From the human T2T-CHM13v2.0 reference genome, Homo sapiens, in the NCBI RefSeq assembly GCF_009914755.1, contig NC_060935.1: a DNA stretch of 64,000 nt. The stretch is one strand, 5' to 3'. Position 1 is the stretch's first letter; each line of letters begins with the position of its first letter. The notes below the pieces were generated by a model that saw nothing but the letters and a program-made list of their open reading frames with translations, was not told the DNA's origin and did no database searches. Of this stretch, positions 14,514-32,470 are shown piece after piece. Made by a program: the position numbers and the translations under genes.

Positions 14514-17500
14514 GCGTCCAAGTGCTCCAAATATCCACTAGCAGATTCTACAAAAAGAGTGCTTCAAAACTGCTCAATGAAAAGGAAAGTTCAACTCTGT
14601 GAGTTGAATGGACACATCACAAACATGTTTCTGAGAATGCTTCTGTCCAGTTTTTATGTGAAGATATTCCCGTTTTTATGTGAAGATATTCCCGTTTCCA
14701 GCAAAGGCCTCAAAGCACTCCAAATATCCTCTTGCAGATTTTACAAAAAGAGTGTTTCAAAACTGCTCCATCAAAGGGAAGGTTCAACTCTGTGAGTTGA
14801 ATGCACACATCACAAAAAAGTTTTGGAGAATGCTTCTGTTTACTTTTTATGTGAAGATATTCCCGTTTCCACCGAAGGCCTCAAAGCTCTCCAAATAAAC
14901 ACTTGCAGATTCTATATAAAGAGTTTTTCATGACTGCTGTATCAAAAGGAATGTTCACCTCTGTAAGTTGAATGCAAACATCACAAAATAATTTCTGAGA
15001 ATGCTTGTGTCTAGTTTTTATATGAAGATATTTCCTTTTATACCATATGTCTCAAAGCACTCCAAATATTCACTTGCCAATTCTACAAAAAGAGTGTTTC
15101 AAAACTGCTCTGTCAAAAGGAAGGTTCAACTCTGTGAGTTGAAAGCACCCATCTCAAAGAAGTTTCTGAGAATGCTTCTGTCTAGTTTTCTTATGAAGAT
15201 ATTTCCTTTTCTACCACAGGCCTCAAAACGGTCCAAATGTCCACTTGCAGATTCTACAAAAAGAGTGTTTCAAAACTTCTCTGTCAAAAGAAACGTTCAA
15301 GTCTGTGAGTTGAATGCACACCTCCCAAAGAGATTTCTGAGAATGCTTCTCTCTAGTTTTTATGTGAAGAAATTTCCTTTTTCACCATAGGCCTCAACGT
15401 GCTCAAAACGTCCACTTGAAGATTCTACAAAAAAAGTGCTTCAAAACTGCTCTAATAAAAGAAAGGTACATCTCTGTGAGTTGAATGCACACATCACCAA
15501 GTGGTTTCTGAGAAAGCTTCTGTCTACTTTTTATGTGAAGATATTTACTTTTTCACCACAGGCCTTAAAGTGCTCCAAATGTCCTCTTACAGATTCTACA
15601 AAAACAGTGTTTCAAAACTGCTCTATCAAAATAAAGTTTCAACTCTGTGAGTTGAATGCACACATCTCAAAGAAGTTTCTGAGAATGCTTCTGTCTAGTT
15701 TTTATGTGAAGATATTCCCTTTTCCAACAAAGGCCTCAACCCGGTCCAAATATCCACTTGCAGATTCTACAAAAAGAGTGTTTCAAAACTTCTCTATGAA
15801 AAGGAAGGTTCAACTCTGTGAGTTGAATGCACACAAACAAAGAAGTTTCTGAGAATGCTTCTGTCTTGTTTTTATGCGAAGATACTTCCTTTTGCACCAG
15901 AGGCATCAAAGGGCTCCAAATGTCCTCTTGCAGATTCTACAAAGAGAGTGTTTCAAAACTGCTTTGTCAAAAGAAAGTTTAAACTCTGTGAGTTGAATGC
16001 ACACACCACAAAGTAGTTTCTGAGAATGCTTCTGACTTGTTTTCATGTGAAGATATTTCCTTTTTCACCACAGGCATAAAAGGGTTCCAAATGTCCGCTT
16101 ACAGATTCTACAAAGAGAGTGTTTGAAAACAGCTCTATCAAAAGAAAGATTCAACTCTTTGAGTTGAATGCACACATCACAAAGAAGTTTCTGAGAATGC
16201 TCCTGTGTAGTTTTTATGTGACGATATTTCCCTTTTCAGCCAATGCCCCAATGCGGTCTAAATTTCCACTTGCAGATTCTACAAAAAGAGTGATTCAAAA
16301 CTGCTCTATCAATAGAAAGGTTCAACTCTGCGAGTTGAATGCACACATCACAAAGAACTTTCTGAGAATGCTTCTGCCTACTTTTTATGTGAAGACATTC
16401 ACGTTTCCACCGAAGGCCTCAAAGCGGTGAAATATACAATTGCAGATTCTACAAAAAGAGTGTTTTGAAACTGCTCTTTCAAAAGGAACATTCAACTCTG
16501 TGAGTTGAATGCACACATCAGAAAGAAATTTCTGAGAATGCTTCTGTCTAGTTTTTATGTCAAGATATTGCCGTTTCCAACAAAGGCCTCAAAGTCGTCC
16601 AAATATCCACTTGCAGATTCTACAAAAACAGTGATTCCAAACTGCTCTTCCAAAAGAAAGGTTCAACTATGTGAGTTGAATTCACACTTGACAAAGAAGT
16701 TTCTGATAATGCTTCTGTCTAGTTTTTAAGTGAAATATCCCGTTTCAAACGAAGGCCTCAAAGCACTCCTAATACCCACTTGCAAATTCTACAAAAAGAG
16801 TCTTTGAAAACTGATCTAAGAAAATGAATGTTGTACTCTGTGAGTTGAAAGCAAACATCACAAAGAAGTTTCTGAGAATGCTTCTGTCTAGTTTTTAAGT
16901 GAAGATATTTACTTTTTCACCACAGGCCTTAAAGTGCTCCAAATGTCCTCTTACAGATTCTACAAAGACAGTGTTTCAAAACTGCTCTATCAAAATAAAG
17001 TTTCAACTCTGTGAGTTGAATGCACACATCTCAAAGAAGTTTCTGAGAATGCTTCTGTCTGGTTTTTATGTGAAGATATTCCCTTTTCCAACAAAGGCCT
17101 CAACCCTGTCCAAATATCCACTTCCAGATTCTACAAAAAGAGTGTTTCAAAACTGCTCTATGAAAAGGAATGTTCAACTCTGTCAGTTGAATGCACACAT
17201 CACAAAGAAGTTTCTGAGAATGCTTCTATCTAGTTTTTAAGTGAAGATACCCCGTTTCCAATGAAGGTCTCAATGCGTTCCAAATATCCACTTGCAAATT
17301 CTACAAAAAGAGTGTTTCAAAACTACTCTAAGAAAAGGAATTTTCAACTGTGTGAGTTCAAAGCAGACATCACAAAGAAGTTTCTGAGAATGCTTCTGTC
17401 TTGTTTTTATGTGAAGATATTTCCCTTTTCACCATACTCATCAAAGGGCTCCTAATGTCCACTTGCATATTCTACAAAGAGAATGTTTCAAAACTGCTCT

Positions 17501-17986
17501 TTCAAAAGAAAGGTTCAACTCTGAGTTGAATGCACACATCACAAAGAAGTTTCTGAGAATGCTTCTGTCGTGTTTTTATGTGTATATATTTCTTTTTTCA
17601 CCATAGGCCTCAAAGCGCTGCAAATGTCCAATTGCAGAATCTACAAAAAGAGTTTTTCAAAACTGCTCTATCAAAAGAAAGTTTCACCTCTGCGAGTTGA
17701 ATGCGCATATCACAAAGATTGAGAATCTCAGTCACAGGAGAGCTGCTGTGTATAGATGTCTGTGGCAGGGGGTCAAGGTATTCATGCTGCAGAAGACAAG
17801 CTGGAATCTCCCTCCACCCCTATTTCGACCCAACCAAGGGCTCTGGTTCCTTTCATAAACCTGCCTCTAGTCTTCCCCACCTTTCTCTGTTCCTATCCCC
17901 TCTCTAATTGCTGGATGAGGCTGTGCTGCTGCAGCCAACTGTCTGGCCCCTGAGCATTACATCCCCGTACTCCAGGCCTTTATTCA

Positions 17987-18190
17987 TCACCAAAACAGCA
18001 TGGTACTGGTATAAAAATAGGCACATAGACCAGTGGAACAGAATAGAGAACCCAGAAATGAACCCAAATACTTACAACCAACTGATCTTTGACAAAGCAA
18101 ACAAAAACATAAAGTAGGGAGAGGACACCCTATTCAACAAATGGTGCTGGGATCATTGGCAAGCCACATGTAGGAGAATGAAACTGGACT
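17987..18190 (+). mobile_element. LINE-1 ORF2 fragment (L1PB-like)
   Basis: Translates to [42 protein letters not shown], a hallmark L1 ORF2 C-terminal region. Confidence 0.9.
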
Positions 18191-18650
18191 GTGTGGCATA
18201 GACAAACTTTCTTATTATTATTCAATGAAACACTCACGTAGGACCTACTGGGAAGGTATTTTGCAGAGGTAATGAAAGGTCCTGCTCTTGTAACTAGCAA
18301 GTGTATTCAGGTAAGCCTGACTTCATCAGTGAAAGTCCCTTAAAGAAAGACATAGGCATTCCTTGAACAACATTTAAAATAGCGAATGGGACTGTAATCT
18401 TCCAATTGCCCCCTACTGACTTGGGACCAAAGCTTTGAATCATGATCACTGGGATCCAGCCAGCTGAGGATTTTTCTTCCTAACTGACTTTAACAGGGAT
18501 CTCATACTTGCTCAGGCATCCCATCAACTGTGGAAACCAGTTCCTTGCACTTAATTCATATGTGAATCTCCCTAAGTATACATATATATTATGGGTTCTG
18601 CTTCGATTTTTGAACCTTGACAGACTTTTTGAACCTCGACAGACATAGGG
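18190..18650 (+). mobile_element. Degenerate ERVL (MLT2-like) LTR fragment
   Basis: The 3' part resembles the MLT2 end (…catatatattatgggttctgcttc…gaaccttgac); weak by-eye similarity. Confidence 0.35.
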
Positions 18651-19145
18651 CTGACAGATTTGTCTTCACTGTTCTGAAACTCTTGAATATAAGTCTTGTG
18701 GGGGCTATTGGCAAAGAATTCCTCTGTCAGAATATATTTGAGTAGCCGCTTCTGAAATCTCTTTTCTTTTTTAAATTGTCACATGACAACAAAAATATTT
18801 GTTATAGAAAGAAAAATATAATCCATCCCTATCGTTTGGATTCTGTATTTGTGAATTAGCCTACGTCCTAAAACTTGTTTATAATCCCCAAATTAATTAC
18901 TATATTGCATTTCTAGTCATGGCAGAACATCATGCACCATGTGGAGAAAAGCATTAAAATAATAACTCGTATTTCACCCACGAGATTGGCAAAGTTTTGT
19001 AAATTCAATAAGAGACCTCAAATTAGTAGAGTTATTTGGTTAGTCAGTGATTTCTCTTAGAGTGGTAGAAAACAAAAAAAAAAGTTTTACCTTCCTGTTG
19101 GACTTCTCTTCGAATATCCTATAAATGTACTAAAGCAGCATTTAA

Positions 19146-19433
<288 letters not shown>

Positions 19434-19580
19434 TGTGCCCTTAAAGGAATGCCTGTATCTTGGATGAAGCTCAATAAACAGTATAAAATGCATCTTATTT
19501 AATTTGCAGTGTATGTCAAATCTGATAGGATTTATGTTACATATGATTCATTTCAGTCATGGTTTTTTAAGGAGTGATGA

Positions 19581-19705
19581 TAATTTAATCAGCCGTGCAA
19601 AGGTGTGATCTAAATACTGCATAAACCTAATCATCTTATTCTCAACCTTTCTCAATACTCCACCCACTTAAAGAGGTGGGTGTGGTCTTCACAGATTCTT
19701 ATAAA
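19581..19705 (+). promoter_or_regulatory. TRIM48: TRIM48 promoter: DUX4-type motifs plus TATA box
   Basis: TAATTTAATCA (19581-19591) fits the DUX4 consensus TAAYYBAATCA; AAACCTAATCA (19623-19633) has 1 mismatch; TATAAA at 19700-19705. TRIM43/48/49/51-family genes are known DUX4/ZGA targets. Confidence 0.7.
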
Positions 19706-19839
19706 GGACATAGAAGAGACAAGCTCAGTTTTCTCCAAAGGAGAAGGAGTGCACTTAGAGGGAGCTGTGTTTTGGTGACCTCTGAAACTCAGTACTGCAG
19801 CGAATGAGCTCCTGACCTTGAGGAGTACTTAACAGAATT

Positions 19840-26912
<7,073 letters not shown>

Positions 26913-28010
26913 GGTAAGTCTCCACCCACAGGCAGCACCCCCACTATCTAAATATTATTATTGTTAGGATCACATAGGTAATATTTCATCCTTTATCAAA
27001 TATTTTACTACTTTATAAGCATAAGAGAACAATATAATCATGCAACCCTTTTGTATCTGTGTCTGTATAGTCAGATTTATAGCATTAAGATTGAAAGATA
27101 GTGAAAAACAAATACATTATGGCCTCATATGTACTGAGTAATGTAATGGGAAAAAAGGAGTAGTGTAGCAAATCTAAAAAAGGAGCAAATGGAACAATGC
27201 TCAGAATGAAGGTGAGTTATTTAATGTTAAATACAAAATTTTACATTTCTTTGGTGTATTCATTTGAACAGCTAAGAACTGTTCTTTTGGGGAATATAGT
27301 TCGCTGGAGATTCTTGGGGTTTTTTAATTTTTTAAATGGATATATATTATGTATTTCCAAGAAAATTAGTTAATGGGTAAAAATAAAAAGAAATCATTTT
27401 GTGAATACAAGTAAAACATCAAACAAAAAGAAGTTCAGTTTAATTGCAATATGAAAAGCTACATGTTAAGTCTAAAATCCAGCTTCAGCCCCAAGCTAAC
27501 ATGGAGGGCCACAGAGAGACTGGTAAAAGATTTTGCAGAAATCTGCTTCAAATGATCACTTATGACATGTACTTATGGATTTTTATCCAGTTATCTAGAG
27601 CAGTTCTTGAGTAACTGAAAATCTTCACATGCTTTCCAAAATGATGGCACTAGTTTTTAAGAATAAGAAACATTTCTAAATAAAGATCTTGATAACAGCA
27701 TAGCATTTAGGGCGTATAATGTGCAAATTTTGCTTTGAAAATTGGATTGAAAGAAGTTGGTCTTACATTTGGCTGTCAGTATGTAAGTTTTCAAAACATT
27801 TTTAATATCTGTGGTTAGCATTTTGTTTGTCTTGTAGATAATATTAATCATCTCTATACTTTATTAGAAGTTACAAGCAAAAGTGTCCTTGTGACTTTAC
27901 GTTTCCTGGTAAATTAACTTTTTGATAGAACGATTTTTGCTTATTTACACATGCCTATGCATGTTTTCTTTCTTTCTTTCTTTCTATTTATTTATTTATT
28001 TATTTTGCAG

Positions 28011-28669
28011 TGGATATTACTCTGCATCACAATGAAGCCAACAGTCATATCTTCCGATGTGGAGATTTGAGAAGCATTTGTATTGGATGTGACCGTCAAA
28101 ATCCGCCCCATATCACTGCAACACCTACAAGTTTTCTTGCATGGGGTGCTCAGACTTTCACCTCTGGCAAATATTACTGGGAGGTCCATGTGGGGGACTC
28201 TTGGAATTGGGCTTTTGGTGTCTGTAATAAGTATTGGAAAGGGAAGAATCAGAATGGCAATATATATGGAGAGGAGGGACTCTTTAGTCTTGGGTGTGTT
28301 AAGAACGACATTCAGTGCAGTCTCTTTACCACCTCCCCAATTACACTGCAGTATGTCCCAAGACCTACCAACCATGTAGAATTATTCCTGGATTGTGAAG
28401 CTAGAACTGTGAGCTTCGTTGATGTTAGTCAAAGCTCCCCTATATACACCATCCCTAATTGCTCCTTCTCACTTCCTCTCAGACCTATCTTTTTCTGTAT
28501 TCTCCTCTGACCAGAGACAAATCAGAAATGTGTTCATCTGCTGTGGGAACCCCTTTATCCCAGAAAGCCCTCTTCCTTGTGCCTTATCAAACAGGACAAA
28601 TAGGTTCGGTTTTATGTCTTGAATTGCATTCTAATGTTATTAAAACTCATTTATTGTGTTACTATTAAA
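28011..28669 (+). other. TRIM48: TRIM48 terminal exon: untranslated B30.2/SPRY-homologous sequence (frame open to 28510) plus 3' UTR with ATTAAA signals
   Basis: ttttgcag|TG GAT ATT…; GAQTFTSGKYYWEVHV SPRY motif; ATTAAA at 28639 and 28664. Confidence 0.85.
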
Positions 28670-29139
28670 TGTAGTAAAAACACTAAAAGTATATATATTG
28701 GTTCTTTATTAATTAATTTTTGAAAAATCATTATTCATGATCATGGCATGAAATATATTATCTGGTTTTTTTTTATTTTTGACTGCCACTGAGTGAAATA
28801 ATAGATGACAGACATGTCTGAATGGAGTTAAAATCAGTGGAAGAGAGTTGGGATCTTTTGCTTCATGCAAAAACTTGGAGTGAAGTCTTAATGATAACTG
28901 GGAAATGTTGTTTTTCTTTCTCTTTATCTAACTATATTGCTCTTATCCATCATGTTTCATTGTACTAATCTATCCTTTGAGTTAATATAATTTGACCTTC
29001 CATGGTGGGCTTCATTTTGGAATTCTCACCACATAGATAAATAACCCCGCATTATTAGTGTGCTCTTCTACATTGAAATACACAAGGTGATCAGAACAAT
29101 GCTGGATTAATTGAATTTTTTTTTAAAAAGTAACTAAAT

Positions 29140-29360
29140 ATTGACTCCTACCTCAAAACACACACAGTCATTTCCAAATAGATTCAAGTCCTGAAGGTAA
29201 GGGGAACATGACACAATATTCTCATAAGGATTTCTTAACCAGGACAAAAATTAACAATTAATAAAATTAGTTGGTTTATATTAATGATGACTTCTGTGTT
29301 TCAAAAAACATGATACAAGAATTGAAATGCAAACCATTAGTGGAGAAAGATATCCACCCG
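29140..29360 (+). mobile_element. Old L1M fragment in the duplicated 3' flank
   Basis: GGATTTCTTAACCAGGACAAAAA and ACTTCTGTGTTTCAAAA…GTGGAGAAAGATAT resemble the ancient L1 ORF2 3' region. Confidence 0.5.
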
Positions 29361-30619
29361 AACATATATAAAAGAAAATACAATACATGTGCATGATGAA
29401 TACTTAAAATGTATTTTAAGTATTTTTCCAGATTCTTCCAGAGTGGCATAGAATAAACTTGGATGGCAGAGTCAATGATGAGATTAGCTGTGGAAATGGG
29501 AAACCGTTTTTTGGAGGACAGTAGTAATGCTGCGAACTTATGAAAACAACCAAGTATTCAGTAGCAACTAAAATGTGTCTCCATAAGATCATTTTACAGA
29601 TGCATATCTGAAATCTGAAATTTAGGAGAACATTCTAGTAGTGTTCTCTAGTGAGAAAATACAGCTGGAAGGAAGAAGGGAGGGAAGATGAAGGAGAGAG
29701 AAACAGAATGCATTTGAGAGAAAATGCTATTTAGACTAAGATAGAATACAGCAGATACCACGACAAAGTGGTTAAAGTGTGTCTTATGGAGCACAAATGG
29801 CAAAAAAAATACCACAGTAAAGAGATTTACAACTGGATTGTTAGTTCTGGCTTTTATCCTGTCAATGTTGTGGTTTCTAAACACATCAGTGCTCTTCTTT
29901 GATCCATGTGCTAATTAACAACCAACACTCTGTCCCCTTTCCCAGATTCCTTCATCATTTTAAACCTAATCTGATTCTAATCCAGCTGGTCACTGTAACA
30001 AATGTGATCATCTAAGAATTTAAAAAAGATTTTTGATGAACTAGTGAATATACCTCATTCTCAACAAAAATGCTGTTTGAGAGGAAAAGTCGATGGTGTT
30101 TGCAACCATTTAAGTGCATCCACACACATGCAGACATATACATGTATATGTATATATTTATGTATCTGAGTTAATTGCATTAATTAGCGTGGCTACCTGG
30201 ATTAGGATTACACTGGGCTTTGCTGATGAAAGAATTCGGAATGTTGTTTGGTTACCCTGTAATACCTATCTGAATATATTAACCCTGTAATTTTACTACT
30301 GCCGAAGCTCCCTTAGATGTAATCAAGGATGATTGTATAAGGATGTATATTGTTGCACTCTTTCCAATCATGAAAGAGAGAAAAATAAATATACTGTAAT
30401 GTGGAAATTGTTTAGAAAATTAGAATGCATTTTACTAAACCCTGTAAAAACCAACACCATCTATATGTGTTAATATATTGATACTAACAGATTTTCTTTT
30501 ATCTCTTATGTGACTATAATTCCTATTTTTCACTAGTATTTTTATTATGGACAGACACAGTATTTTATTATGGATGGATATAGAAACAAAAAGAATTCCC
30601 TCTACAGAGGGTATAAAAA

Positions 30620-31676
30620 TTATATATCATCATATATATTATATATATTATGTATTTTGTATTATAGGTACATATTTATATATATTATATATAAAATATA
30701 TAAAATATATAATATACAAACATTTATATATTTATATTTTACATAATATATATTATATATATAAATTATATATATAATATATATATAAAAATTATATATA
30801 TATTATATATATATAAATTATATATATATTATATATATAAAAATTATATATATATTATATATATAAAAATTATATATATTATATATATATAAAAATTATA
30901 TATATATTATATATATAAAAATTATATATATATTATATATATATAAAAATTATATATATATTATATATATATAAAAATTATATATATATTATATATATAT
31001 AAAAATTATATATATATTATATATATATAAAAATTATATATATATTATATATATATAAAAATTATATATATATTATATATAAAAATTATATATATTATAT
31101 ATATAAAAATTATATATATATTATATATATAAAAATTATATATATATTATATATATATAAAAATTATATATATATTATATATATATAAAAATTATATATA
31201 TATTATATATATATAAAAATTATATATATATTATATATATATAAAAATTATATATATATTATATATATATAAAAATTATATATATATTATATATATATAA
31301 AAATTATATATATATTATATATATATAAAAATTATATATATATTATATATATATAAAAATTATATATATTATATATATATAAAAATTATATATATATTAT
31401 ATATATAAAAAAATTATATATATATTATATATATATAAAAATTATATATATATTATATATATATAAAAATTATATATATTATATATATATAAAAATTATA
31501 TATATTATATATATATAAAAATTATATATATATTATATATATATAAAAATTATATATATATTGTATATATATAAAAATTATATATATATTGTATATATAT
31601 AAAAATTATATATATATTATATATATATAAAAATTATATATATATTATATATATATAAAAATTATATATATGTATA
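30620..31676. repeat. AT-rich minisatellite (unit ~24-28 bp, AAAAATTATATATATATTATATATATAT)
   Basis: Regular core ~30775-31670 of ~33 units with almost no G/C; AAAAATT recurs every 28 bp at e.g. 31187, 31215, 31243. Confidence 0.95.
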
Positions 31677-31680
31677 ATAT

Positions 31681-32209
31681 TGGGACTCTATTAGTTTCTG
31701 CTAGTGTGAAGACAAGTCATATCATGTCTAGGGGCCATGATGATAGGAGCAGTCAGAGGATTTCTTGCATTGTGATGAGTGCATATAAGTTAAACGAGGC
31801 ACTTATCAGTAGAATTGATAGCAGGATAACGGCTAGGGTTACTTCATATGAAATTGTTTGGGCTACAGTTTGTAATGCGCCAATTAGTGCATAATTTGAA
31901 TTTAATTGCTCTCCCTGATCATAGAATAGAGCAGACGGCTAGGCTTGATACGGTTAGTAAAAATAGGAGGCCTATATCAAAATTAATTAGAGGATCTGGT
32001 ATAGGGATGGGGGTTCACAATAGGAGAGCGAAAGAAAGCGCCAGGGTTGGAGCAATAATATAAAAGTTAATAGTAGATGTTGAGGGCCATAGGGGTTCTT
32101 TGCTGAAAAGTGTTATTGTGTCAGTGAATGGTTGAAGCCGTCCTTAAGGGCTTACAATGTTAGCCCCTTTGCATAGTTGTATGTGGCCTGAGGTTTTGTT
32201 AAATGAGTG
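31681..32209 (-). pseudogene. NUMT: MT-ND1 pseudogene fragment (about codons 22-197)
   Basis: The reverse strand gives ND1 motifs GTAGCCCAAACAATTTCATATGAAGTAACCCTAGCC ([12 protein letters not shown]), ACACTAGCAGAAACTAA (TLAETN) and AAAGAACCCCTA, with stops and frameshifts. Confidence 0.93.
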
Positions 32210-32470
32210 ATTTAAAATCAATACTGATAATAATGATAATTATTATTAAATAGTTATATTAATGATAACAATAAAATTATTAATATTAATTATTAATAAT
32301 AACTGATATTAACAATTGATACTGATCTTATTAATTAGAAAACAATAATATTAGGTACCAACAATTAATATTAATGTTAATAACATGAAAACTTTTTATT
32401 AGCAATTATTTCTCAATATTGATATTGGTAATTAATATTAATGTTAATAATAAATAAGTAATAATTAATA
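32210..32470. repeat. AT-rich low-complexity (AAT/ATT) tract
   Basis: ataataatgataattattattaaatagttatattaat…. Confidence 0.8.

Larger units (their letters stand above)
3657..17726 (-). repeat. Alpha satellite, inverted relative to 1-3654; diverged, irregular A/B monomers (SF5 R1/R2-like, with A-only stretches)
   Basis: Reverse-complement monomers (GTTCAACTCTGTGAGTTGAATGCACACATCACAAAGAAGTTTCTGAGAATG). B-type boxes (TCCCGTTTCCA.CGAAG) are interspersed with A-type boxes (TTTCCTTTTTCACCATAGGCC). The suprachromosomal family assignment is inferred. Confidence 0.95.

Noticed and set aside
182-17455. Dozens of 60-166-aa ORFs with recurring KKFLRMLLSSFYVKIFPF / CELNAH peptides
   Set aside because: These are translations of alpha satellite; 171 bp is a multiple of 3, so frames persist across monomers. 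No gene structure.
1-17726. Active centromeric HOR array (e.g. the D11Z1 5-mer)
   Set aside because: Monomers are heavily diverged with no sustained near-identical period; only isolated local duplications.
28010-28510. Stand-alone SPRY-only gene (also 50256-50699)
   Set aside because: The 28010 ORF starts at a GTG spanning the splice acceptor and the 50699 ORF at an internal TTG; both are terminal exons of TRIM loci.
29961-29984. TAAACCTAATCT DUX-like element in the 3' flank (and at ~59201-59224)
   Set aside because: Lacks the terminal AATCA and has two mismatches to consensus; plausible by chance in AT-rich DNA.
31681-32209. Functional mitochondrial ND1 or mtDNA contamination
   Set aside because: Partial, with stops and frameshifts, far diverged from modern human mtDNA, and embedded in nuclear repeats.
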